From: Eledone cirrhosa
Lineage: Eukaryota
Direction of reading: 5' to 3'
Assembly: GCA_964016885.1 (NCBI GenBank)
Contig: OZ024746.1
Location: forward strand, 16,554,001 to 16,618,000
DNA: 64,000 bases
This document shows, piece by piece, positions 51,168-63,706 of the stretch. Position 1 is the first letter of the stretch; the number at the start of each line of letters is the position of its first letter. A program made the translations under genes and the position numbers. Under the pieces are notes generated by a model. It was not told the DNA's origin, made no database searches, and was given only the letters and a program-made list of their open reading frames with translations.

Positions 51168-51315
51168 CTATGTGTGTTCCAATAGAAAGGCACTGCTGAT
51201 TAAAGCTAGAATACTCAAGAATAATGGTGACAGTTGGATCTTTGCAATATCTCCTGAGCTTTTTCTTGGCATTGTGAGTTTCACAACTCTACTATATCTT
51301 CCACCAATGGCTGAC
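51168..51315 (-). CDS. Chitobiase-type GH20 beta-N-acetylhexosaminidase, terminal exon
   Basis: TTTCAG acceptor, phase 2. (R)SAIGGRYSRVVKLTMPRKSSGDIAKIQLSPLFLSILALISSAFLLEHT*. The RS-x-x-G-x-RYSR pattern resembles the chitobiase C-terminus. Not in the ORF track. Confidence 0.85.
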
Positions 51316-51369
51316 CTGAAACAAAAGTCACAACATAAGTAAATGAACAGATATATATATATATATCAA

Positions 51370-52268
51370 CGCTTTCCTACAATCAGACCTGGACACAATG
51401 CAGCAATGGATTACAGACTGGCAACTGAAGCTGGATGTGGACAAGTGTACCACCATGCATTTTGGGAGGAAAAAATCCAGCGTCCACATACTCCCTCCAC
51501 AACACTGATATCAAGAAGTCCTCTTGTGAACATGACCTGGGCATTACTGTCAGCAGCGATTTGCATTGGACAAAGCATGTCTCTAAGATTGTCAACAAGG
51601 CCGAGGGTGTCTTGGCATCACTCAGCAAGACCTTTGTTAGCCGCTCTCCAGCCATCAGCTATGGTACGACCACACTTGGAATTCGCATCATCAGTCTGGA
51701 ACCCCTATCTTGCTCAGAACATTGACCGCCTGGAAACTGTTCAGAGACGTGCAACCAAGTGCATACCCTCCATCAGACACCTACCATATTCTGAACGCCT
51801 TGCTTCCCTGGGCATGGTTTCATTGAAGCTCCGACGTCTGGCAATGGACTTGGTAAACACCCACAAAGTTATTAACCATATCGCCAACAACAACCCTGAG
51901 CACCTTTTTGATCTCCATGTGTCTAACACACGTGGACATGCCTACAAAATCAGAAAACAGCACAGCTCCCATGACTTTCGTAGACATTTTTTCACAATCA
52001 GAGTTGCTGAAGCATGGAACAAACTGCCTGCATCAGTTGTTAGCTGCCGAGACACTGCATCCTTTAAGACACTCATGCTTCCTGAAATACGCCAAAACTA
52101 CACCTGATGTAGCCCTTCCATACACATGCACACATGTGTATATCATGACTCATGCACTGTTCATTTTCCTGATGTTTGTACATTACCCTATGTATTATAC
52201 ATACACTTTTTGATGAGTTGTAGTGCACCTGAGCACTGTACACAATATTTCATTATTATTATTATTAT
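51370..52268 (+). mobile_element. CR1/L2-clade LINE 3' fragment with (ATT)n tail
   Basis: VRPHLEFASSVWNPY...TRGHAYKI...HFFTIRVAEAWNKLPASVV. Same family as 24873-25795, tail fragment also at 57201-57318(-). Confidence 0.92.
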
Positions 52269-52274
52269 ATATAT

Positions 52275-52452
52275 AGTTTTAATATAGAAGAGCTTCTACA
52301 GGACTAGAACTGTTTCATTCGTGAGAAATCATTTCTCACGAATAAAACAGTTCTAGTCCTGTAGAAGGTCTTCTATATTAAAACTTTTATACTCTGCTAT
52401 GTATTGAGTACCTTACTTACTGTGGTTACCTCCGATTCAACCCGGAATAACT
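52275..52452 (+). mobile_element. Collapsed fold-back copy of the 1821-2165 element
   Basis: About 110 bp near-perfect hairpin plus the same tail. The centre carrying the CUGAUGA cores is missing. Confidence 0.85.
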
Positions 52453-52483
<31 letters not shown>

Positions 52484-52993
52484 GTGTGTGTATATATATA
52501 TATATACTAGACCACCAATGATCTGTTGGGTCATGTTCACTTAAAAATAATTTTTAAATAATTAAAATATACACAGAAATGTATATGATGTAAAATGAAA
52601 TTGGAAGGCCCATATATATGTGTATGTGTGTGTGTATACACACACATATATATATATGCGTGTGTGTCTGTGACCTATATACACTGGTCACAGACACACA
52701 CACAGACATACACTCACATATATATATATATATATACATACACACACATATACACATAAACTTAGAAACCCTTCCTATTTAGCAGGAAATATTTGCTACA
52801 CACATCCTGTCCTAACACAAGTTATATGATGCATATAACTTAATATATATTCACCAAATTTTATGTAGAGACAGTAATGTTGTATTCATCATCATCATCA
52901 TCATCATCATTTAACGTCCATCTTTAAACGATGATGATGCTTTGATTCTTTGAAGTCACCTGTTTCATTCCACAACATTACCACCTTTCTCTT

Positions 52994-53048
<55 letters not shown>

Positions 53049-53604
53049 CTATCTACTCTCTCACAACTACTATCTCTTTCTCTCTATATTTCTCTCTCTC
53101 TATTTATGAAGGTACCAGGAAAAACCCCATATTTCAGGAACACGTACTCCAATTTGCACGAAACTTGTTTTATTCCATTTGTATTCCCATTTCAGAGGCA
53201 ACTTCCTTTCAAAGTATTTTCTCATTATACACCATTTTTGCTGTATTAAATTACAGACAAGCACACAATCACATAGTTTTAATAGTATATATATATATCA
53301 TCATCATATTCATTATCATCGTTTGTATGTCCATTTTTCCATGCTTGCATCGGTTGGATGGGTCCTTTTCAGTAAAGCATCTCTCCACTCGAAGCATTCC
53401 TTCATCATCTCCTCTCTGAGTTTCAGCGATTTGAGGTCAGCCCTAACCCCCTCTGACCAGGTCTTTCTCAGTCTACCTCTACTTCAGCTTCCATCTACTG
53501 GCATTTCCTGGCACTTCTTCACCCATCGATCATCATTCATGCATATCACATGTCCATACCACCACAGTCTTCTCTCCTGCACGCTGTCTAAGATTTCTCT
53601 TAAA

Positions 53605-53639
<35 letters not shown>

Positions 53640-54045
53640 ATATCATCATCATCATTAAACATCTATTTTCCATGCTAGTATTTTATCATAACTCCAGATT
53701 TACCACCTTACAGGGTTGACCAGGTGTTTTCATTGTGGCACCAGCATTACCTCATTATAACACAAGGGTGCCCATTGTGTCCTTGATCAGATTGGGGAGA
53801 GGAAGGTTTACCCTAACTTTCCACACTGGCAAGGTTTGGACAAGGAGGGGGTAGAGAAAAGGTGTTAATGGAGGCAAGACTAAGGCAGGGACTTAAATAT
53901 CGTGAGAGTATTAGGGCAGGGAAATCGGGAGTATACTGGCAGATGGGAATCTAAATATTGTTCTATCTCTCTGCTTCTTCAAGATTAAGGTGGACAGACT
54001 AAGCCATTTGCATATCTGACCTGCCTCTCAGAAAGAATTCCATAC

Positions 54046-54186
54046 CTAGTACGTAACAGGACTGATTCCTCTGTAGTATATTTGGAATTGTCATCAACAT
54101 CCTGCCAGGATTTACCACCATTTACACTGCTCTGAACTGTTAAACCAGGGAACGCTGTGTTAACTTTGATTCGGTTAGCCTCATAT
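54046..54186 (-). CDS. GH20 hexosaminidase exon (chitobiase C-terminal Ig-like domain)
   Basis: TTCCAG acceptor, GTATGG donor, 141 nt, phase 2/2. (I)YEANRIKVNTAFPGLTVQSSVNGGKSWQDVDDNSKYTTEESVLLRT. Confidence 0.9.
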
Positions 54187-55070
54187 CTGGAATGAAATCA
54201 TACTTTATTTAATCAGACATCCTTTCTGAGAAAATAACAAGATAAAACAAAGGAAAGTATGAAAGTAAAACATAGAGTAAAGGTAACTATAGACCCATTT
54301 ATAATACCTTTGTTATCATAATTTTACATCTGTTTTTCCAAGTTTGCATGGGTTAGACAAGTCTTCCCTAGCATAGCCTGCATCCACTTGGTGCATTCCT
54401 TCATCAACTCCTCTAAGGTTTAGTATTTTGAGAGTGGACACAAGTAATGTGAAATAAAATGTCTTCTTCAAAGACACAATAATGTGTTGTCAGGAATTGA
54501 ACTAACAACCTTTTGATTTTGAGTTCAAACACCCCAACCACTAAGCCATGTATTTTCACACATTTTCTGCTGAACCTTAGCTAAATTTGTTATCAAACTA
54601 AACACATGAGATCTTGTTATAACAATGAGAAATTGATTTAACTCTTAACATCCTGTAATGATTTAGCAGAAGATGTAAAAAACAGGTTTTTTACTAGTGG
54701 ACAGATCAATATTTTTACTAGTGGACAGATCAATGTGAAAAATTGCAATATTAGAGTAAAAACTTCAATTATTAATGCAATATAATCATACTACTGTTTT
54801 GTACTTTTCAATAATGTCTTGCTAATATGGTTTGTTAATTCAAATGTTTATAGTATTTTTTATGAGTAGACAGATCATTATGAAAATTCGCAATATTAGG
54901 GTGTAGACTTTATTATTAATGTAATGTAGTCATACAACAGTTTTGTAGTTTTAAGAATATCTCACTAATGTGGCTTCATGCTGTACAGGATTTTGAAAGT
55001 TAATACCGAATATAAAAGGTATAACATCATTAATGATAAATGGTAGGCAATTAAAAATTAATAGTCTTAC

Positions 55071-55323
55071 ATGGCCCCAGGGGGTGGTACTCGGTATTTA
55101 ATTCCTAACCGATCAAGACGTTTCAATTCTCGGTAGCCCAAAGTATTTGCAAATCGTTCCCAGTCTTTGTTCAATTTTTCATCTCGTTTCTTTTTGTCCT
55201 TCTCCAGTTCCCAGGATGCCCGATGCCAAGCCCTTTCTGATAAAGCGAGCAAACGAGGGAAAACCATAAATTCAAAGCGATCCGTAGTTCTCACAGTTTC
55301 ACTCCATAGGTGACCTTGTATAC
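55071..55323 (-). CDS. GH20 hexosaminidase exon (end of catalytic barrel)
   Basis: 253 nt, phase 1/2. GIQGHLWSETVRTTDRFEFMVFPRLLALSERAW...YRVPPPGA. Confidence 0.95.
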
Positions 55324-56483
55324 CTGAAATTAATAAAAAAAAATAAAGAGAGGCGATGAAATATTTCTATGGTCTTATAAGATATACAGAGATCCTGGAA
55401 TCTTAGTTTAAATATAAAGGTTACTAGTTCGTGTCCAGCCTGAGACTATGTACATATCCAGGAATAAAACACCTGATAACACTTGGAGATCAAATCAATC
55501 AAAATAAAGTATAGATACATAATTGTTTCTACGTTAGGCACAAGGCCAGCAATTACCCAGTGCATTACTTATGGAACCTCGGTGTTCACAAACTCCTTTC
55601 ATCATGAACAAATCAGTTCACAAGCAATTTTTCCAAACATAAAACGTCTTGATTCATGAATTGTGTCTTGAGTAACGAATATGCAAGCCGGCAACAATGG
55701 TTGGCAACAAGCTTGGAATATCAGCAGGAAAGTGTCACTTGCTATGTAGTTAGTTACTATGGTGATATATATCTATATTTCACACATAATCTCTCTCACT
55801 GTATTTCTAACTCAACATTTCATATGGGAAAAATAATTTCACTTTATGAACATTTCAGGTGATGAATGTCCTTCAGGAATGAATGAAGTTCATGAACTGA
55901 GATTCCACTGTATTTAGATTGCAATTATTGGTGCAGGCATAGCTCTGTGGTTGAAAAGTTCCCTTTACCACCACGGGGTTCCAGGTTTTCTCTTATTGTG
56001 TAACAAGTTGGCTAATTAACTCCTACAGTAGCCATGGGTTGACCAATGCTTTGTGAGTTGAATTTGATTGACAGAAACTGCAAAAGCCTGTTGTATGATA
56101 CATTTATATGTGTGGGTGGGTTTGTGTGTGTGTGTGTGTGTGGGTGGATTTGTGTGTGTGTGTGTTTGTGCCTGTATCTCAGTGTTTATGGCCCATAATA
56201 TAATAGTTTGACAAAGACAGATCAATAAAATGAGTACCTGGCTTGAAAAAATAAGTACTGGGGGTGGGGGTGATATGATTGATTAAATCCCAGCATGGCC
56301 ACAGTCCAATGACTGAAACCTCTAAAAAAATAAGGGAATAACTAAACAGCAGTAAAATTAAACCAATTTGTTGTGGGTTTTGTTAAATACCCATCAAATC
56401 TTAGTGGGTTATGTTTCATACATGCTAAATTTTAATGGGTTTCATGAGATACCAGTTAAATTTTAGGGGATTACATTCAATAC

Positions 56484-56724
56484 CTGCCAAATTTTTAGTT
56501 TTCTCCAGTTTGATGCAAGTTTTCCCATCTTTTCCACAAAGTTGTTGTTTAGTTATCGGATCTCCAGACCTTGCTACTTTAGCATTGGCATAAATGTTCT
56601 CAGACATAAAACCAAATGTCTTGCGAGAATCTGTAAAGCGCGTAGCCCAGTAATATCCAGGTTCCTCTGGATCTGGTTCGTAAGGGTGGTCAAAATAAAG
56701 GTGGGTAGCTTGTGACATTACAAC
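56484..56724 (-). CDS. GH20 hexosaminidase exon
   Basis: 241 nt, phase 0/1. VVMSQATHLYFDHPYEPDPEEPGYYWATRFTD. Confidence 0.95.
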
Positions 56725-56984
56725 CTGGATGGCAAAACACACAAATTGTAATGGAAAAATAAATATACAAACATAACAACGAGCTGTGATAACAACAATA
56801 CATATTGCTAATTAATGGTATATATGTATAAATATACATATATATATATATCATATAAATATATATATAGATAGATAGATAGATAGATATATCAAAAGTA
56901 GAAAAAATATATCTGAATCTCAAAGGAGAGTAGAGATAGATATATAAGATTAAATGACAGGTGTAAAAGCAGAGTGTAATATAT

Positions 56985-57200
56985 AATAATTGTTTCTTAT
57001 ATAGGCACAAGGCCAGCAATTTTGGCGGAGGGGAAAGTCGATTAAATCGACCCCAGTGCGTGACTGGTACTTTATTTTATCGACCCCGTAAGGATGAAAG
57101 GCAAAGTTAACCTCGGCGGGATTTGAACTCAGACCATAAAGGGCCGTAACTCTTTGCTGCAAAGCATGGCGTCCGACCCTCTACCGATACTGCCAATCCA
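56985..57200 (-). mobile_element. SINE family A, full-length
   Basis: Same family as 24678 and 45472. Confidence 0.85.
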
Positions 57201-57674
57201 TGAAATTATTGTGTACAGTACTCAGGTGCACTACAACTCATCAAAGGTGGATATATAGTATATAGAATAATGTACAAATGTCAGGAAAACGAACAGTGTA
57301 TGAGTCATGATATACCAGTAAATTGTATAAACAATGGAAACATTATTTCCTTGGTCCAATTTGATGAGTTCCACCCCTTTCAGTAAGTGAATGAGGTCTA
57401 GGATCTTGTCGATCACACTCTCTATCAGTGTTCAGATAAACAAGGTTTTATAGTTGAAAAAAAGAAATGGTAGAAATAGCATTTCATAAGCCTAAGATAA
57501 TGTTTGGGTAATATTGATGTTTGGATAATTGATATATGGATAATCAAGGGTTTACAGTATTCATTAGTTTATATATGGCTAATTAAATATTCACAAGCCC
57601 ATGATATCTTGTTTGGATAATTGATATTCGGATAATTGATGTTCGAATAATCAATATTTTGACAATTTACATAC

Positions 57675-57905
57675 CTTATAGCCAGCATTGGCTAACTTGT
57701 ATGCTCGGTTTGACTGGCCCCATTCCCAGACATTGTCCCAAGCATATGCATAGACCTCCTTATTTTTCAGAGATGATCTTTTATAAGGGATGTTCCCTGA
57801 CTTCATCACACCATCTTCCCAGGCCGCCATATTAAGTTTGTAGTTAGCTGTGATGTTAGACACGCGTTGAACAAAATATTCTTTCAACACAGTTTTGTTG
57901 AGATG
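57675..57905 (-). CDS. GH20 hexosaminidase exon
   Basis: 231 nt, phase 0/0. HLNKTVLKEYFVQRV...AAWEDG...AWDNVWEWGQSNRAYKLANAGYK. Confidence 0.95.
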
Positions 57906-58038
57906 CTGAAAATAGAAATACATTAACTTCATCTTTAAGTGTGTGTGTGTGTGTGTGTAAAAAGTAAACAAATAACAAAGCAAACAACATAGTACAATGA
58001 AAAAATATATTAATTTAACGCTTGAAATAATAGGATAA

Positions 58039-58078
58039 GAATCTTAACGTTTTGGACACTAGTCCTTCATCAGAATAT
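58039..58078 (-). ncRNA. Minimal hammerhead with G12A change
   Basis: CUGAUGA-A-GGAC UAGU GUCC-AAAA-CGUU-AAGAU. GAAA reads AAAA, stem III is palindromic AACGUU. Confidence 0.6.
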
Positions 58079-58654
58079 AGAGTTAGAAATAAAAGATAAA
58101 ATAGGAAGATAAAGAGTGAGAATAGAAAGGAATGGAAAAAATTAAGAAAAAAGCTGGTGTATTCAGTCAGCCATTTACATATATGTATACACATATATTC
58201 ATATATATACACATACATATATATATATATACATATATATACATGCATGTACATGCACACACACATATATATTGCTCTGATCAATCAACAAGATGCCAGA
58301 CCTCATTCGCTTGCCAAGTGGAGTAGACCTTGTCAAATTGGACCAAAGAAATAATGTTTCCATTGGTCTTTCCACTGCTGAAATTATCTACCGGCTGCAA
58401 CTCCTGGCAGAAAGAGCAACGTGAAATAAAGTGTCTTGCTCATCGTCTGGTCTGAGAATTGAACTCACAACCTCATAATTGCGAATCCAACTCTCTAACC
58501 ACTCAGCCAAACACACACACACCCATACACACACACACATACATAAATACATACATATATATATATATGTAGGAGGTGAGTTTTATTGTAGCACAATAAA
58601 GCAATGGAAATATCGGATAAGTAGCACTCTACAGTTTGTAGGACTGAAGTATAA

Positions 58655-59462
58655 ATAATATAAGATCAAAAGATGGTTAAAAGAGTTCCAAGTATTTTAT
58701 TATGCGCATTTCAAAAACTAATATCATCCGCACACATATTACATTAAATAAATCATTACAAATATCATAAATCATTATAAATATCATCCGCACACATATT
58801 ACATTACATAAAAACAAACTTAAACACTAACTAATTCCTCTAAATTCACAACTCATTCATTCTTTTACTTCTTTTCACATTATATCCTTAATAACATTAA
58901 TATTTTTATTTTAATAATACATATTAATAATTTCTCTTCCTCGCACATATTATTAAACCCTTCAATATACAAACCTTAATTTAATATTATTCTTAATCCC
59001 TTTTATTTCTCTTCATGCATAAACCTCATTAACTTTTAATTTCAAATTCTTTTAAATTATCTATTATCTTCCAACGTCTTTTTAACTTCTCTCTGTGAGA
59101 CAATATATATTTTTTTCTCAGTTGTAAAGGCTATCTCTCTCTCTCTATCACCCATATCTCCTCCTCTCTCATCGTTCCTTCTTATACTGCTCCCCCACCA
59201 TTCTTTACTCTTATCTCCTCCTCTTCCTTACCTTTTCCACCCCACCCCCCACCCCCCTCACTTTTTCCCAATCTCATACATCAATCTTAAATTATTTTTC
59301 ATATGTTGATTTAAAACTTCACTATTCACAAGTGTTTTTTAAGCTTCATATCATGTATCCCTATTTTATCTGATGAAAACGCAGATATCATCTCATGATG
59401 ATATTTGTTTTTGAAATGCGCATAATAGAATACTTGGAACTCTTTTAACCATCTTTTGATCT

Positions 59463-59470
<8 letters not shown>
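58655..59470 (+). mobile_element. Penelope-like remnant: partial inverted pLTR, AT-rich body, pLTR with hammerhead
   Basis: 58655-58728 is the reverse complement of about 59398-59470. Ends in (AT)n. Confidence 0.7.
59362..59432 (+). ncRNA. Type I hammerhead ribozyme
   Basis: UAUUUUAU-CUGAUGA-long stem II (CAGAUAUCAUC/GAUGAUAUUUG)-GAAA-UGCGCA-UA-AUAGAAUA, with palindromic stem III. Confidence 0.85.
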
Positions 59471-59500
<30 letters not shown>

Positions 59501-59646
59501 AGAGAGAGTGACATACACATATATATATATAAAGAGAGAGAGTGACATACACATATATATATATATATAAAGAGAGAGAGTGACATACACATATATACAC
59601 AATCAACATTTTAAAGCCAAACTTAAAGAAGTTCCACTTTCCTTAC

Positions 59647-59948
59647 ATTCGAAGTTGTGTTCATGTGCTTTTCGCAGGCCGTAGAATTTTCCCAAGCCCC
59701 TTTAGCTACTTCATCTCCTCCAAAATGGTATATTTTCAGAGGCATTATTGATCGGTGATAATCAATCAAAGTTGTAATAATTTTCTCAATGAAATCGTAG
59801 GTGCTTTCCATGCAAGGGTTAATGGCATTATCAGTATACATCTGAATTGATTTGTATTGACTGGTGTCATTGGTATCAATCAATACATAACGATTGGCCT
59901 CGGTCACATTACCAGTCTTCAATAAATTCTTGTGTCGTGACAGCATTG
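59647..59948 (-). CDS. GH20 hexosaminidase exon with catalytic motif
   Basis: 302 nt, phase 1/0. ...DNAINPCMESTYDFI...KIYHFGGDEVAKGAWENSTAC, intact HxGGDE. Confidence 0.95.
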
Positions 59949-59972
59949 CTAAAATATAAAAGAAAGAAAAAA

Positions 59973-60255
59973 AGAAAGGAGCTGATTATTAGAACAAGAA
60001 AACTATATTTCTATTGGTCTTTCCATTGCTGATACTATCTGTCAGTCGCAACTCCTGGCAGAAGAAAGGAGCTGATTACCAGATCAGCTCAAGGAAACTA
60101 TGTTATTGTTGGTCTTTCCATTGCTGATACTATTTGTCAGTCACAACTCCTGGCAGAAGAAAGGAGCTGATTACCAGATCAGCTCAAGGAAACTATGTTA
60201 TTGTTGGTCTTTCCATTGCTGATACTATTTGTCAGTTATAACTCCTGGCAGAAGG
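59973..60255. repeat. ~95 bp tandem repeat x3, next to the splice acceptor
   Basis: AGAAAGGAGCTGATTACCAGATCAGCTCAAGGAAACTATG...CAACTCCTGGCAGA. Confidence 0.9.
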
Positions 60256-61016
60256 AGGCAGAATTTGAACTCAGAATGCACAAAGCCACATTAGATACTG
60301 CAAAGCATCCTGTCCAACTCTCTAATAATTCTACCAATCCTCTGCCTACCACCCCCACTGGACTGGTACTATGTATATTGACCCTGAAAAATTGAAAGGC
60401 AAAGTTGACCACAGTGATATTTGAACACTCTCACAACTCTGCAAATTGGGTAAGAAAGTCTTCCATTTAAAGAATTAATCTTTGCCCTTTAATTAAGAAT
60501 TTATTTTGTTACTAATATAAGATACTAAATTGACATTTTAGGTTTCGAAAATGATGTAGAAAGGTTTTGATTTAGAGAAAAACCCTTTTAAATGGATGGG
60601 CTAACTTCATAGAACAAAAGCCAGTTTTGGCCATGCTGGCATCAAATAGGTTAGAGCATGGTTGGGTCACCATAACTATCTTAGGTTTCTTCTTCTTGTA
60701 TATGAAGCAGCTGCAATTATGTGATGTCCCTTAGGCATTGTAGCCAGCCCCACGGTACTGGGGTTAGCATGTGTGAGGTCTATATTCTCAGGTAGGTGGA
60801 GATTTGGGCACTCACTCAGTTCATTAGTCTGCACTGGCAAACTGTTACTGGACCCCACTTCCTATGGTGCAGGGCTGCATTGAATCAGCCAATACCTGTG
60901 TGTAGCCAATTCAGGGACATTTCCTCCTACTAAAGGAGGTTAGTGTCTGGTGGGAGGACCATATTAGGGTTGACATTCAGTTGGGCAGCAACAAATTTTA
61001 TGCTTGAAGTAATTAC

Positions 61017-61218
61017 CTTTATTTAAAGCATGGCTGTGTCCTGGCATATCGATCTCAGGAATCACTTCAATATGTCTCTCTTTAGCATACCGAAGAATGT
61101 CTTGGTAGTCTTCCTTGGTATAAAATCCAGATCCACTGCCTATTTTTGTAGGTCCAGAGCCAATCTGTGGCATGATGCAATGGGTTTCATTAAGGTCGTG
61201 ACATCGATGGCCACCAAC
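61017..61218 (-). CDS. GH20 hexosaminidase exon (most 5' exon found in window)
   Basis: 202 nt, phase 0/1. VGGHRCHDLNETHCIMPQIGSGP...GFYTKEDYQDILRYAKERHIEVIPEIDMPGHSHA. Confidence 0.95.
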
Positions 61219-61419
61219 CTGGCAAGATATTGAAATAAAAACAATTGTATTATAAATTAACAATTTTGTTAAATATAATGTATAAAAATTATGACTATAT
61301 ATACTCATATATAAACCAAGAAATATGTGATTAAAAAAATCAATGGTAAAATGGAGTCAACTTATATTTAAGGTCAATATTTTGCTTTCAAGGTGAATAT
61401 TATACCAGTTCCACTTTGG

Positions 61420-61780
61420 TATGTTTGGTGTGTAATGTATATGTAATGTTTAGTATGTAATGTTGTATATATAATGTTTGGAACATAATGTATATATAAT
61501 GTATATATAATGTTGTATATACTCGTTATAATGTTTTATATATAATGTTGAATGTATAATGTTTGATGTGTAATGTATATATAATGTTGTATAGATAATG
61601 TTGTATATATAATGTTATATATATAATGTTGTATATATAAGTTATATATATAATGTTGTATAAAATGTTGTATATATAATGTTTGATGTGTAATATTGTA
61701 TATATAATGTTGTATATATAATGTGTAGTGTGTAATGTTGTATATATATGTGTTGTGTATATAATGTTGTATGTATGTTT
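61420..61780. repeat. AT-rich (TATAATGTTG)-like low-complexity repeat
   Basis: Visible degenerate short units. Confidence 0.85.
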
Positions 61781-62239
61781 TGCCAAAGAATGCCATAGAC
61801 ATCAAGTAACACTGACATCACAGATTTTCAATCTAAGAATGTTATTTTATATTCAATGGTGACACCATTAAGTTGACATATTTACTAAGGGCTGAAACCT
61901 TCGTGTTTAATTTGTTTGTTTTGTCTATGAAATGCTCTGTTGATCAACACCTATAGGTTTTCTTACCAAAGGTACCAGTTTTTACTGCTACAAACTGGCT
62001 CAAACCTGATTTGAGAGCCATAATAATTCCTTAGTTGACCTAAATATACTAGATTTGTCCACTTATAAAAGATTAAGGAGATGGAATGATTATTTACTTT
62101 TCAGGTGGATATTTTGCTGCTGGCACGAATAATTTATAACATTTGTTGATGTAAAATCTAGTCACCTTTTTTAATAATAATTATTAGCCTTTAAAGATAA
62201 TATATGGCATGTAATTTACACACAGGCTCACACATACAT

Positions 62240-62291
<52 letters not shown>

Positions 62292-62356
62292 TATAATATA
62301 TATATATATATTTTATACATATATATGTGCATGTATGTATGTCTGTGTATATATAT

Positions 62357-62625
62357 ATCATCACTGTTACGTCCATTTTTCCACAGTAGTATGCGTTAGA
62401 CGAGTTGTCCTGTTGTGAGCAATGCTAGGTCAGGTGACCATGTCTTGCTCATACAGAACTGATTTTGGCTTGATTTCTACAGTTGGATGCCCTTCCTAAC
62501 ACGAACCTCCTTTACAGTGAGTACTGGATGCTTTTGTTGTGATACCTACTCGACCACTTTACAGTGTGGACCTGACGCTTTTTACAGTGTCATCATCATG
62601 ACCACTTTACAGTGTGGGTTGGGGG
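62357..62625 (-). mobile_element. RTE/SINE B 3' tail fragment
   Basis: Reverse match to 34820-35088. Confidence 0.7.
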
Positions 62626-63706
62626 CTTCACTGGGTGTATACTTCGGCCTATTCTCATATATTGAACTTAAAACCATGTAGTTTATGAAGTGAACTCTTT
62701 AGCCACACAACCATGATTGCTTTAATTCCAGCTGCACCCAACCAATGGGAAATATGTATTTTCCCCTTCCCTTACACCACCTGTCTTGGAGATCCTGCTA
62801 ATATCATGGCTGCTACCCTTACTCCTATCTCCAAGCCATTAAAAAGGATTACAAAATACTTCAGCAAATATAAAAAAGAAACAAACAAAATTTAATGTCA
62901 GCGAAGTCTTGAGAGATTTTTAAGTGGTAGAGAAGTGAATGTTACGATTGATATGACTTCTGACTGTCTCAAATAAACATTCCCTGATAATCTACCATGA
63001 GTATGTTGAGAGATAGAAACTGTAGCTGGGTTGTGAGTCATAGGTGAAGTTTAGACCAAAATCTAACAACTAATTCTGACAATTCAATAGAGACACTTAT
63101 AAAAGGCTGTATACTGTCCAGAGACTAATAAACCTTCTTTAGTTTTATGATTTATAACCTATGTTGATTCTTACAATGAGGTTTCCACTTGTTTGAACAA
63201 TGGAACACATACTCATGAAATTAACATGTAAGTAGCTGAGCATTCCACAGACACATGTTCCTCTTACTGTAGTTCTCAAGGAGATTCAGTGTGACATAGT
63301 GCATGACAAGTCTGGCCCTTTGATATACAAGTACAGCCCATCTTGTAACATTATGAAAGTGGCTGAGCATTCTACAGGCATGTGCACCCCTTAACAGTTT
63401 AGGAATTAAACCCACATTACAATCGTAAGTTTAACCATTAGGTTGAGTACCTCCACTTTGTGTATAAGTTGTATATGGGTAGATATACAACCTTGACTAA
63501 CAAGTGAGAAATAATGTTGTTGGTTGCTTCCCCTGGTTTTTGTTGAGACTAAGAATGTGTGACGGCAGTTGCAACCTTTAAAAAAATCAAAGCGGAAGGC
63601 TGTCAAATGCTTTTTATAAACATGCTTTTTCTCCCTGCAAATTTGTTTTCTGTTTCTTCCTCTTCTCTTTCTCTATCTTTCTATTTCTTCTTTTATTTCT
63701 TATTCT

